This document shows positions 11,953-25,761 of a stretch of DNA of 64,000 bases, in pieces. The stretch covers positions 59,210,001 to 59,274,000 of the forward strand of contig OZ287749.1 in NCBI GenBank assembly GCA_965649765.1, written 5' to 3'. The notes beneath the pieces were generated by a model that saw only the letters and a list, made by a program, of their open reading frames with translations, did not search any database and was not told where the DNA came from. Numbering within the stretch: the stretch's first letter is position 1; the number at the start of each line of letters is the position of its first letter. Source of the stretch: Bispira polyomma (Eukaryota). The translations under genes were made by a program, and so were the position numbers.

Positions 11953-14900
11953 AATACACAGGCTAGCTAGAGCTCTAAAGAGAAGGTTCCTATTTAATAT
12001 ATTATAAGTTATACCTCACAGTCAGCAGATCATGGAATGTTAGTAGCAGCATGATAATTATTAATTGAGATGCCATGAGTGGCTGTTAATCACCAAACTC
12101 CAGACTGGCTTGATATCAATTAATTATAGAAATTTTAAGGTATACACCATCCCAGTATTGATCTGCTAGTCCTGAGAGGGTTGTTGAATGGATGAGAGGT
12201 AGCCTAATCACGTGGTCTATGTACCAACAAATTAGCAGCAGTAGCACAAGCAGACCCCTAAGCCCATTGACATACAAGAATTTCTGGGAAGGTTTCTTGA
12301 GTTGTCAAAGAATACAGTTTATAGCTGAGTAGTGTAGACAATACTACAGCAGTGGAATATACTTGACATAGCTGGTACTATTTCCTGTACAATAAAACCT
12401 TTTTAGTGGTCAACGCACTGGTAAAGGATTACATATCACTACACTATACAGAGCCATCTGTGTTCTGGACGTTTTACTTGAAGTAAAGATTCTTCCATAA
12501 TTATTATCTCAATGTCCTCCAACCTGTCAAGTAATATCCTGCTGTATACTCGTCGTGAATGTCATGTCTAAAACTATGAAACTCTCATTAAGGGGAAAAG
12601 TTTTGAATAAAGGTTGGTACCTGCATGGTTTTAAGACTTATTTCTTTAAAGAAAACAATAAATTCTTGTGTATAAATTGACACCTATAATAAAGTTGTCC
12701 ATAAAACTACTTTTTGGCAGCCTATCTTCATTTGGGCCAGAATCTCTAGTCATTAGCCCAACAACTTAGGAAATTAAGTGTTAAAATGTTCATCTGTAAC
12801 AGAAATTCATGTTACTAAATGTGGCCTATCATAAAAACTGTCAAGTAATCCTAAGGAAAATAATTGATTTATTTAAGGTATGAAAATAACATCTTTAATC
12901 AAACCCATATTTCTTAAGGTTATAATCTCATGGCTTCATTTTTATGACACTAAAACATTGAAGTAAAAAGGCTACCATTCACATACAGGGGCAGATGGTC
13001 ATATAGGCTTGTCTTTTTATTAGGACAAATGTTTTTGTTTGACAGCACCTAAAACTATTCAGACAGTTTTAATCTTCACGTCAAGTCTGGTTTTACATAA
13101 TAAATCAGACAGATCTATATATCTCAGCAATTGAGTTCTAAAAAGACAAAAAAATACATCAAATTCTTTACTTCAATCTCTCTTGACTGTTATATGCTAG
13201 TCTACTGTCCCTCATTATCGCCCACTTGTGACCATTGAAAACCTGTTTGTTTGTTTTCAAATTTGAATCATCAAAAAACCAGGTTTATCAGTAATCCCTG
13301 TAGGAAATGATACCTGTGTGTTTTCAGATTGTTGGGCATTACACCATTAAAAACTACATATTCTTTGGTATTTCATTTAACTGCTTGCTAGTGTGTTATG
13401 CAACTAAAATTAATCTATCATTAACTTCTTACAAACCTGTTGGGAGTAATTTAAAAACAAAAAATACTTTTAACGAGATTCCCAAATGATCCCTAAATTA
13501 AAAAACTGAACAGAACAACAATTTAGTGTTTTAGAATATAGCATATATAGCACATACTTTCTTTTGCAAATTATTTTGAATTACAAGGTAAATTCCATTA
13601 CTGATCAATGGGGCCCTTATTTTCTTGTATGCTTTTGGGAAGATTTAATCAATGTTTTTGTTTTGTTTTTACAGTAATATTGTAGTAGATTCAATGAAGG
13701 TTTCTTCTTTTTTTTTTGTAGTAATTTTGTAGTAGTTTAATGACGTTATTATTCTTTAGTAATTTTATAGTGGGTTAAAATGCTTCAGTTAATTGAATAC
13801 AACTGATGTGGTACTAAATTGTCACCACTAAATTGGGAGTTCTTGTTGTAGTTGAAGACTCATTTGTGGATTAGCTTTTCCGATTCAGTTAGAAACTATT
13901 CTTTTGGTTATAAAAATCAAATCCAAAAACTAAAACCTTAACTTTGATAGAAAAAAGGCAAAGCAACAAGAACAAAAACTACATATATGCTAGCCTGGTT
14001 TCCAGCTTTTCGTATAAGAAAGCTCTGTGTTTTTAGACTCGTCCCCATTTATTGTTTTTTTTTTTTTTTTTTTTTTTGTTTGGTTAGCCCAGATGGGAGC
14101 TGTAGGTCTCCATTACTCCTTTAATTACCACGGAAGTCTAATTCACTCTGACAAGACCACAGTACTCTAGCCACTTTCTCTAGCCCGACAGCCGCGGGAA
14201 CCTTTGCCATTTTGTGGAAAACTCATTCAATAATTGAAAGTGCCCTCCCTCTAGATTTTACATAAAATCATCGTTATTTATCTCCACCCCCCCCCCTCCC
14301 TCCTTCTTCTCCTCCCCACTCATCTCCCCCAACTCCACAAGTTCTCATCAATTGTAAAGTTTTAACAGATTATCCTCCTTCCCCTCTCTGTGGTTGACTT
14401 TCTGTGATCTAATCCGTCAATGAGACATTTTATAATGGTTTTATAATTTGTTTGACTTTTGAAAACTTTTTGAAACATTCTAATGATTCTCTTTCCAATC
14501 AATCTATCTAAATCGTGTCCTTTATGTAAAGCCTAAATGTATTAATGCTGCCACATGTCTTTGAACATTTGAATATTAATATTAAATATTACATTAGTAT
14601 TAAATAAAACAAAATATTGTTAAGCAATAAATTAACACAACTTTTACAAATTAGGATTTATACTGCTTTTAAAAAACAAGAGGGTGTTTTACATTGATAT
14701 GGCTTTACATCTGGATTTGTTATACATTTATAAGTGTTTTATTTCTCAATAATGACAAACTGAATCAACTTTAAATTTAGCCATATATTATAAAGTCCAA
14801 ACAACCCATATATCTCATACCATACAAAGATAGTCATGTCATATCTTAGGAGTTTCTCAATACATTTCCCCTAAAACTTATAACAAACTGTAGAAATAGT

Positions 14901-17900
14901 TCATATCCAATCAATTGTAATTCCTCCTCAAGAACATATTTCCTATAAAAATGTCAAGAATCGTCCCCTCCCAGATGATATATGAAGCCTGTCAGTCCCT
15001 ATAATGTGACAATCTAGCCTACAAATGACTGACCCCAAACAGGTGGGGTTACCCATACATCCTTATACAGCCTTATTACACACAGAAGACATCTGGACTA
15101 AACACCACCCCCCAGCCAAACAACTCCTACCCCCTCCAATGTTATCTCTCCCTCCCCTCACATCATCACATCCCACCCTCCCTTAACCCCCGTTACTGGG
15201 GCCCAAGCTTGCCCACAGATGTAGAAATCCCCACCCCCTATCACCAATGCCCTGCCCCAGTCATTACCCAGCCCTCGTCATTAACAGCTATAAATATGCC
15301 CTCATGTCTCCTTAAAGTTACCCCTGGTTATTGTGCCCAACCAAGAAAGCTTTTAAAGAAAATGCCCGGATTGAGGCAAATGGGTGATATGGAATGATCA
15401 GTTGATTAACCCAACTAACAGGAATTGACCGTTTCTAAGGAGGAAACATCGCTTTGGAGTGTTTGGGGGCAATAAATAAAGTAATTAAAAGAATACATGA
15501 CATATAATTTAAGGTAAGCAGTAAAGTATATGAAAAAAAACTAAATGCAGAGTAAACAGGATGATTCTGTGGTGAAGACGAGACCTGTGATACCACCAAT
15601 TAACCTGTATTTATCGCACCGTATTTATCATGAACCAGGGGGCTACAGAATGGAGACATATTAATTAATAAATAATTTATTATTATTGTTTTGATGACAT
15701 ACTGACTTATAGCAGAAAATAAAATTAGTATAATTGATATCCACTGATACAAGCCCAGTCAAATAACCCAATTAAATCTAATAACAATTATTCGATGACC
15801 CATTGCAGACAATATATGTTCTCCATAATAAAAAATAAAAACCTTTTGGTACAAGTGGAATATACACATATTCGTCATGAGTGGCATTATGAAAGTGACA
15901 GTCTAATAAGGTGAAATAAGGGTCAAATATTGTGTGAGCACACACTGTGAGGAAGAGTTGGAAATTAAGCTAATGAAGGGAGTTTGGTCTTGGTGAGAGA
16001 GAGAGAGAGAGATGGGCAGTAGAGTAGAATGTTATTTGTCTACAGCTCACACTGTGTATCTGTCTGTGTGTCTATCTCTTCTCTTGGGATGGTATATATA
16101 GTCTATGTGGAGGTAGTTTGGGGACAAAAAGTTAGATTAACTTTCACTATGGTCTAAGCTTTACGTCTCCAAAATAAGACACATTTGCCTGTATGTGAAT
16201 TTTATAACTGTACATTTGGCGAAGTAAAGCAATTAACTACTAGATATACACATGTATATCTCAGAGTAGTATTTTCCTGATCTATTCAGCAAAAAGAGTA
16301 TAAAAATTTATGTTTTGATTTTTAGTTTCATTTCTAGCTTGAGATTTGCATATAAACAATGTAGGATGCATTTTTTTCCAAATGAGGTTATCATCAATGT
16401 GTCACCAATGTTGACATTTCCTCAAGACTTCAGGTCTTCTTCTCTTTTTTTGTAAATTGAAACATATAATGCTGATTGTAAAGAGAACTATATATTAGCA
16501 GGTTGTGAATCAGTTGTTTTGTTTGACAAGATAAGGAGATAAAAGGATAACTTGTTTAACAAGTGATAGAACATATCATGGTACATAATACCAAAAATTA
16601 AAAAAAAAAATCTGTCATATCACTGGTATTTTTTTAATATGCCTATGATGTCCTATTTTGATTAAAACAACATAAGTGTCAGGGATAAATCATTATTTGA
16701 CATTCCTTGGTAAATTTGTAGAATCTAAAGGAATATATATCTCTACATATACAGATGACTTTACCGAAACAAAAATATACTTGAGTGTCACATGAGATTA
16801 GTTGACAAGAAAAAACAAGAAGTCTATTTATTTTCTCATACGTGTCTCCTAAACTTCAGCATACTTATGGAAAAGTTGGGGAGAGGGGTGATTTGGGGGA
16901 GCTCTGAAACTATCACAAAAGGGAAAGGCCACACAAAACCATGAAGATGATCTAATTAATGTGAATTAATCATATTCCTATTGTGGGGCAGCAAAGTACT
17001 AATGCAATGCAATAAAAACCCCGAGGAATGAATTATTCATGACTGGCCCCTTTCCCCAGACCAGTATGTGTGGCTGGGTGACACCATTTATCACAAGTGA
17101 GGACAATAGCCAACAGATATTAAACCCCATCAGTAACATCCCCTTGATCACCCAATGAATATTTGACCAGCCACATAAGGTCACAACTTGTATTGGTTTC
17201 ACTTATTTATATATATATATCAAGCCAGTTACACTAAGTGACTGTATTGACAGGTACAAATTTGCTAATACAATGTACTTAGTTCACAGTTCTATACACA
17301 ATATGACCTCTCCTCCCATCATGTGTGTCTTTTAATCATCCTTTGGTCATTATTGCCTATTAGTATCCCTCAACAAATAAAGGTGATCTATACTTTAGTG
17401 AGGAACGTGACATAGTCTTGGTTTGTGGTGTTTTTGTTGTTTTTTTTTGGTTTGAGGGATGAAGCTCTCTTGGGGGTTTTGAGATCATGCTAGTTTTTCT
17501 GACAATATCACTGGTCGACTTGTCCACACGCCCACACAGTACCCGGCACGTGCCGTATTCATGTGTCAAATCAAACCATTTCTAAAGACTCTTCTTGTTC
17601 TTCACACTTCCTGGAGAGGCACCCGTCAATTACGTCAACAATCGAAGAAATAGTTGCCTTTGTTAGTTGAATACACTTTACTCATGGGATTTTTGTTTCT
17701 TTTGTCTCAAAGTTAAGGGCACAAAAGGCGAAAACGTGGCTATTGCTGGAAACAAAAATAATTGGTAGCTAATTGTGTAAACTAAGTCTTACTAAACAAA
17801 TTATTGTGATTTATGGGGAAACCAAGATGTAAAAGTAATATTTTGAAATTTTTGTATCTGTAAGGGAAAACACCACAAACCGTGTTGCATTGAACTTTCA

Positions 17901-19236
17901 CTGTGCAAAGTTCTCAATAAGTGTCTTCCCTGATGTTATTCTGTAAACAGGCTGTTGTCATCAAACATGTAGTGTAAAGTAAAAAAATAGGCAGAGATAT
18001 GTCATCAAACATCAGAGGTGTGTCATCAAACAAAGCCAGGATATCTGGTATTTATCAATACATCGAGTATCCACCTGTGACGTCATAAAACCATCCCATA
18101 ATGATATTATGGTTGTTGTTTGGTCTAGAACAATGTAAAACACTATTTACACCATAGAGCTGACGTCACATGGAAACATCCATAAATGGAGTAGTAAACT
18201 TGAATTTTTGGCCACAAATTTGGAAAAAGAAAGCATCAGTTTCATGCACTTTGGGATCCAGCCATTTTGGGGTTGAGTTTAAACCCCCCCCCCCCCCCTT
18301 AAAAACCATTGGGGTATCATCTTCAATGGCACATACGGGGCCTCGGTACAAATAGAAGTCAGTTGACATCACTAACACGAGGGAGAAGTGATAAATTAGA
18401 GGGATTATTACATTCAATAGAAATCAGCTATAAATTGCTGGGGTCATAGACAGAGGCAAACCCATCCAAAGTCAGGGGTGGGGAATATTGGCTCATTTAC
18501 AAAGAAGTGAGAGCCACCACCGCCACCAGTCACACTGCAAAGTGATAAATAGGACACGTGACCTCATGCAAATGAAGATGGAGTGAAAAAACACAACTAT
18601 GACATCGATGAAGCTTGTATTCCTTATATTTGTACACATACTCAGGAGTCAGTGGTGATTTTTACACATGCATATCAAACCTGCTTTACGCTTTGGCTTG
18701 GTGCTGACCTTTTCTATATGTTAATCTCATACTATATTACAGATTAAATGTAAACCAAATACAAGGCTAACTTATTGTACACATAACTGGCATGTTTCCC
18801 TTTCTATAATGTGAGTTGGTAGTTTTGATAACAGTGTAAATAGGATTAAGTTCTTACCCCATATCTTTTGATACAGAACAAATTCTGTACAGCTACACAA
18901 AGAAATCATACTTATTAACTACTGGAATTAATGGATGACTACTGACTCATCATCTTTAATGTGTGATAGGGTGTGTATACCACTCTCTTGCTATTACTGT
19001 AAAATTATCCAGAGCGAGGGCTTTAGAATTTTGTTGGTGGAAAGTTGGTCAGGTACTTGCCCTAGGTCGGTGGTTAACAGTGCTTCAGCACTGGTTTTTT
19101 TTCACTATTTAATCTGACCGTCGTTGTGATATGACCTAAGTCTGTTAAAAAGCGATGTAAAACTTAACTAAATTCTAAATCTAATGTGCGATATACATAT
19201 AGTGTGTCTCTAGAATCTCCAAAGGTTTAAATCCCA

Positions 19237-19451
19237 GGCCTCGGTGGTGTGATGGAAACATTCTCGCCTACCACCTCTGAAGACATGGGTTCGATCCACG
19301 GTCAAGACATGCATGTGGCAGGCAATTTGGCAGTAGATTTGTTGAAGGCCTGTGATTTGCTTACCCTATGTAACCACCAACTTTGTGTTGCTTTTTCTAA
19401 AAACCTGTGAAAAAATACTCTATAAGATGTTAAAAAAGGACATTAAAACTG
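19237..19451 (+). mobile_element. tRNA-derived SINE (V-SINE-like family), diverged copy
   Basis: A-box GGTGGTGTGATGG, CACCTCTG, B-box GGTTCGATCC, TTGGCAGTAGA core, GTTAAAAA..CATTAAAAC tail; a 5'-truncated sister copy lies at ~19040-19170. Confidence 0.7.
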
Positions 19452-20419
19452 AAAAAAATAAATAAAATATAAATATACTCTGCAGACATTTGAATGAGTC
19501 ACAGATCATACAATTTAGAATTTTTTTCAGACAAAAAATCACATATAGTTTGAATAGTTTCTATTTCTGTGTATCTATTATATTTAAATACATGTATTTA
19601 CAAGTCCATGTCAGTCTTATCTTAATGTACACATGTACCTATCATGTTATTAGTAAGGGCCGCACACACAGACAGATCACTGTTTAGAGAGATAACATCT
19701 AAAAGCAGGTCATTATGTCCCATCTAAAGGATGAATCCCTAGAAAAGCCAAAAAAAGTAGCCACCCCCTAAAAATTAAGGCCAAAAGATTTTGTCAGAAT
19801 TGGCTGTCAATTTGAAGAGCAATTGTGTGATCGAGTTACTAATACTTACAGATTGTCATTTCTCTACATAAAGGTGTCTGAAAAAGTCCACAAAAGTAAA
19901 GCCATTAACATGACTACTAACTAATGAGATAAATGAAAAATTAAGGTAGAGCTCTGATGTCAACGGAGATAAGGTCATTGCTAAATGGTATCTAAGGACA
20001 GACACCCAAGACTTACAACAAAAATATATATTCAATATAACTGAAATTTTGATATAACATTTCCTTTTTTTGTTTTAAAAACCACTTCTAAAAACTTTTG
20101 TATCTTTTTTTGACAATTTCCCTGTTATTTATGAGACATGCACTTTCGTTAACACAATTTATAGCCTAAATTAGTGTAATAGTAACAATCTTGATAAACT
20201 TTATATATATATCCTCTAGGTTGGACTCAAATGTAGCTATAATTCTTCGTCCATTGGTGGCCCAGTTTACACGGAATCAAACAAAACCTCTGACTTTATC
20301 GAAGAGCTCCTGTGCGGTACATGAAGCGTTATTTTATGTTAGCATCAATTAATATTTTTTTTTCAAAAACTGGTCTTCAGGGAATTTACATATAAGTCTA
20401 GTGTTACTCTTTGAATGTT

Positions 20420-20580
20420 AGTTGAGTTTTACGTCACTGTCAACATCTTAGGTCATACCACGATGGTCAGATTCACTGAAGGAAGAAAGCACGGGCTGAT
20501 GGCAAAGTAGGGATTCGAACACTGTTTAGTGAGAGGCCAGTGATTGTGAGGCAGGTGCTTCTAACCACTACACCTCACCC
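20420..20580 (-). mobile_element. Internally deleted tRNA-derived SINE
   Basis: Reverse strand reads GGTGTAGTGGTTAGAAGC...TCACAATCACTGGCCTCTCAC...GTTCGAATCCC and the tail GTTGACAGTGACGTAAAAC. Confidence 0.65.
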
Positions 20581-20680
20581 TAAGTATTAGTCTTTGACCA
20601 CTTGTGGTTTTATATTTATACTTGTTTGTTTAAATACAAGTCCTTACAGTCATCTAAATGGTGTTTGTTATTTACTACAG

Positions 20681-20756
20681 ATTTAGAAGATGACCACTCT
20701 AGTTATGGAGGTCTGACGTCATCAGGGAAGAAGAAGAAAAAGAAGAGGAGACACAG
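20681..20756 (+). CDS. Vsx: Vsx exon 2 (basic NLS and start of homeodomain, DLEDDHSSYGGLTSSGKKKKKKRRHR)
   Basis: Acceptor tttactacag|AT, donor CAG|GTATTT; 76 nt keeps the frame between exons 1 and 3. Confidence 0.93.
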
Positions 20757-20760
20757 GTAT

Positions 20761-21088
20761 TTAGAATCTATTATATGCAATAGGGTATTAACCCCTTGGC
20801 TGTTGGTGAGGACCTTATTATTACTTTGAATCCAGTCTATGCAATAGGATACCAACCCCTTGGCTGCTGGTGAGGACCTTATTATTACTTAGAATCTAGT
20901 CTGTGTAATAGGATACTTAACCCCTTGTCTGCTGGTGAGGACCTTATTATTACTTAGAATCTAGTCTATGTAATAGGATACTTAACCCCTTGGCTGCTGG
21001 TGAGGACCTTATTATTACTTAGAATCTATTATATGTAATAGGATACTCAACCCCTTGGCTGCTGGTGATGACCTTATTATTACTTAGA
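20761..21088. repeat. Minisatellite, 64-65 bp x5, starting 4 nt after the exon 2 boundary
   Basis: Units TTAGAATCTAGTCTATGTAATAGGATACTTAACCCCTTGGCTGCTGGTGAGGACCTTATTATTAC start at 20761, 20825, 20889, 20954 and 21019. Confidence 0.95.
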
Positions 21089-21225
21089 TGCGGAGGACAT
21101 TAAAACTAATCATAAATTACATATGATCTTCCATGCCCCTTCTAAGGTCTCATTAGTGCTAGATGCTGCTACTTAAAATAGCCATACTATACTGCTTTGG
21201 GGGTTCAACGTTGCTTGTTAGCATA

Positions 21226-21668
21226 AGTGTGCGTTTCCATGCAGGCAACTTTCTGAGGCGATCAGGCGACGGCCGACGGCGATTCTATCAGTTTCATTGA
21301 TTTATAACCAAGTGTTTCCATGTGAGCAACGCCGATAGGTGACAGGCAATGCCAGGCGATTTTTTCGGTACTAGGAGCGAAAAACTCGCCTGGCATTGCC
21401 TGTCGCCTTGTAAACATTGCCGTTTTTTTAAATAACTCAAAAATTACTGAAGGTATAAATTTAATGAAAATATGGTAAGAAAGCTTATTTCATCAGGTAT
21501 ATTGTGCTTTTTCTTGCATCAAAATCGGTTGAGAAATGGCTAAGATATTCAGGTTTAAATACAGGTATCTATTTTTCTCAAATATTGTATAGAAACATCA
21601 AAATTGAAAATTGCCTGTTATACGTCGGCTTGTCGCCTTAGAAAGTTGCCTGCATGGAAACGTTCACT
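21226..21668. mobile_element. MITE with ~36-bp TIRs (PIF/Harbinger-like ends)
   Basis: Left AGTGTGCGTTTCCATGCAGGCAACTTTCTGAGGCGA; right TCGCCTTAGAAAGTTGCCTGCATGGAAACGTTCACT; TA on both flanks; internal hairpin 21337-21410. Confidence 0.88.
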
Positions 21669-21799
21669 TAGGCAGTTTTTTGGTGTTGAAGCACAACAGG
21701 TTAGTTGGTCAAGATTTCTGAACTGCAAACCAGTTGCCATTGGCAAGTCTACTCCTGACCTTTGTACGTACATGCCATAGTGGAGATTCAAACCCACAA

Positions 21800-22035
21800 C
21801 ATGGCTCGGTGGTGTAGTGGTTTGGTTAACACACTCGCCTGCCATCTCGGACGTCTTTGGTTCAAATCTCGGCCACAGCTTTTTGTTGGAAAGTTGGCAG
21901 TGACTTGCCACCGCCCAGTGGTTTACAGTGTAGAATCGGGACCAACTTACATGCACTGACTTGGCCCTATCAGTAAAACTGCCCATCGTAATATGATCTG
22001 TACAATGTGTAAAAGTGATCTCTAACCTTAATCAA
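21800..22035 (+). mobile_element. tRNA-derived SINE with 12-bp TSD
   Basis: GGTGGTGTAGTGG A-box, GGTTCAAATCT B-box, GGAAAGTTGGCAGT core; flanked by TCAAACCCACAA at 21788-21799 and 22036-22047. Confidence 0.85.
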
Positions 22036-25000
22036 TCAAACCCACAATAACAGAGGTGGAAAGTGAGAGTGTTACTGTATACCACGGATTTTGGACTCCA
22101 TGTGTACATTATATGACGTCATGGCCTTGAGAAGGTTTAGCAGGTTTGATTTTACCTTTCACTGTGTCTGCCTTCAAGGTCAAATGAGTGCTGCAATGTT
22201 CGTGTCTGAAGGTGCTAATAGTTTATTATTTTATTTCATTTTTTTTGGCGCAAGAACCCAGGGGTGTTTAGGTAATGCCCTGGTCTTCTATTCTGTTTAT
22301 TATCTGATGTAGACTGTGGTAGAATTTTGGATTGTGGTCATAATGAATAAAATAATACAAGTGCTTATTTAGACTAAAACTTGAAGGTGAAATGAAGGTC
22401 AAATTTAGCCTAAATATACATTAGTACATTAGAAGAACACTGAAAAGCCCTTAGTTTGTCTCTGACCTTTATATTACTGAGGACAGTCTTTTCTATTAAT
22501 CTCTCCATGCAGTTCTCTCATTGTACCATTATAACATTATCCCAATGTGAGTATTGAGTACTACTGAACACATTGTTGAGACATAAAGAGACACCACACA
22601 AGAAGTGAATGTTGGTGGTTCTTTGAAGGGTAAATAAGCCTTCTAGGAAATTGTCAGTTAATTTAGAGAGAGTCCTCAAACTAATGTTATCAAACTGTTT
22701 GTCATAGCCAACCGGAATTTCACGAATGACTGGGCAAATTAAACGAAGAAAGACGAGGTGGGGAGATGAAAAGAGGGGGAGAGAAATGGGTTGGTGAAGT
22801 GTAGAGAGAGAGGGAGAGGGTTAAGTAGCTTGCAGGGATAGGACCAATGGATCTAATCTTTCCCAAAGGCTCAATTTGGTCCCAAAGCCTCTAGTCTGGA
22901 AACTGAGTCAAAATTGGTATGGTGCATCTTAAGTTCAACGAGTAAACACACTCCACACCTTCATTACAATTAACCCCATTATGTGTACCTGGACTTTTCT
23001 TTATAGTTAACTCTATGGAAGCTTGGGACATCAAATTACATTAGACACATTATATAAATTAGTCATTTTACATAACATTTGTTCTTTATTTTGTCTCTCT
23101 TATTACCAAGAAAGAAGCAGTTGTATATTTATACGACTATACATCAAAATGAATCAATAACATGTATAAACTGTACATGGGTTCCAACAGAATTCGAACA
23201 CAGCCTTAAACAAGGCTACATGGGGTGTGGAGATACCTATCAAGTGGATCTAGTAATGGGGTGTGTAATGGTAGATTTAGGTGGTTACTGAGGGCTAAGT
23301 TGTATGTTTAACCAAAGGCCAGTGTCTGGATCTTTATAAGTGAAAAAAAAGAAGTAAAAACTCCCATAACTACCTGCATATGCCTATAAAGAGCCTAAAA
23401 TGAGGTGACAAGTTCTCCTTTCTATTAGTAAAGGGTGAGTAGCCAGTACTGTCTGGTGTATTTCACCACTGTGTACTAACATCTATATGAAATTATAAAC
23501 GAAATTTTCCTGCCTCACCCGCCACAGAATCCGCTAGCATATTAGATTAAGATTACCTGGTCATATTGGCATCAAAATAAAAACTGGTATTATGATAGGA
23601 TATCTGTGTGGAGATACTAATATAAGAATTAGAACACTTTCATTGATGTTAATGTAGAGCTGAAGCTTTAAGCTACGATTGGTTTACTTCAAGTATCTAT
23701 AATATTAATATGCAGGTGTCGTTGGCCACTACTTGTTTAGTATTTGTGCAAAGCTTAGGCCATGATGTTATTGGCCTAAGTTAGACTTAATATTTACAAC
23801 TACGTCATAAATTTTTGTGTATGTATGACGTCATGCACACACACACTCAAACTGTGTCTGCGCCACGGCCAACTGTTGGTACATTGCATTGATTATCCTG
23901 ATAAAGCCATTAATTACTAAAAGAATGCACATTGCTTTTCTAAAAACCAATATCAAAATATGATCCTAATAAGTGTACAAAAGTCTGGACGATATACTGT
24001 GTAGTAGTATAAACCCCTGTTTGAATCAATCAAAATGTCACCTAAAGTTAAAGTTATTGTGTACCTGAAGATTTTATATCACATAAGTGGACATATAAAA
24101 TAGGGACAAAAAGGATGGTCTCGTATGTACTCACAATAAAGGAGGTTAGGGTTCTAAATATAGAAATCGTTTTTTTAATTAATACTGCAATTTGAATGGC
24201 TTTTGTTACTAAAATAGTACAGGAAACGTCTCAAATGACGTCACAATATAGACACAGGAATGACCCAACAATTGTAATAATATCTATATATAGGCGGATG
24301 ACGTCAGTATTTCCAATACGTCTCTCTCTCTCTATATATATACAGTCAATGTACACAAGAAATGGGGCCCTCTCTGTTTATACTGCTTCCAAGAGAAAAA
24401 CAAAAAAACATACTAGTTTAACACTTTTGCATCATTGCCGACAAAAATTAGCATCGAAATTAGCTTAGGTGCCACTATTAATGCTGGTTTGTTTGTGAAA
24501 AAAATATTGTTTATTGAAGAGACAATAGGATTTTTTTGCTTTTCTTTCGTAGACTTAACTTCATTGAAAGCTTATTAGCAGGGAATATGTTATCAAAATG
24601 CACAATGAAAAATGCAACACTAGATGTGTCCCCACTACTTCTATCAACAATGGTGGTTTACTAAATTAACAATACATTCTATGCATGATATAACTTCAAA
24701 GTACTCAGAACGACCAATTGTCTCTTACTCAGACGAACTACCCCCCCCACCCCCTCCTCCCCTCTCAACAACCTAATCGCCAATTGACTGTCATATGTTA
24801 ACTCAAGTAGAACGTATTTGTCATCGTCTTCCAGAGTAAAAAAGGGAGACATTTGAGGACATAAACGTAGGCTTTTCAGGGGCTAATTCAATGGTATTAT
24901 CTGGGCTTATTGTCAGACTGATAGGCTGGGACTTGAATAATTCAACATCAAATTACAGTGGCTCTATTTTACACCCTTTGGGACTTGTAAACGGTAAGGA

Positions 25001-25761
25001 GGTTTTTTTAATACACCAGGCTTAGATTGTAGCTAACAAGTCAATTGTAGCTGCTATTGTGCAATGCTACTGGTTCGTGACGGATCTTCGTTTGTTTGTG
25101 ATCAATAATTTAACTGCCTACTCTATATCTCCAGACGAAGACTATATATATAGTAAGCGACTTAATTTGACGTAAATAGCCGAAGTGGTTCAGCTTAAGC
25201 TTACGGATAGTGTAACTTGCAAGAATGTTTTGTTGAAAGCAAAACGAGAAATACTCGATGGGCAAGATACCACTCATGTGTCCTAATTCAAAATTATTAC
25301 TTATGAACTAATATTATCAATAAAATAAAGAGGACTTATGAGATAGAAATAATATACATAAATAAATGTTGTGCAGTAATAAAGGGTACTATTTATTTCA
25401 TTGACCTTACCTGCAGGTTAATATGAGGGTTAACACTAAGCATTCTCAGCCAGGTAGTTCTGTTTTGAGTGATGTAGGTAGTTTATCTTTCTACCTGACA
25501 CTACCTTTCAGGTGTAGAATGTCAAAAGGCACTTTGTGGTGGAGTTTTTGTTTTCATCCCAGCTCCGCGGAATGATACACTCTATCAAACAAGCGCCCAT
25601 AATGGCCAACATAAAACTTGTTCCAACCACTTATATAATTAAAGGCCTCGTCCCATTTTGACGAACCTTTGCTAGTGACTGCCGGGTGATATAGGCGTGA
25701 ACGATACAACAGGAGGAATCTTTGCCCAACTACTGTGCGACCCTTGCAATGGCAATGCATG

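Noticed and set aside
20761-21088. CRISPR-like array (this and other tandem arrays)
   Set aside because: Units are contiguous with no unique spacers, there are no cas genes, and the context is a eukaryotic intron.
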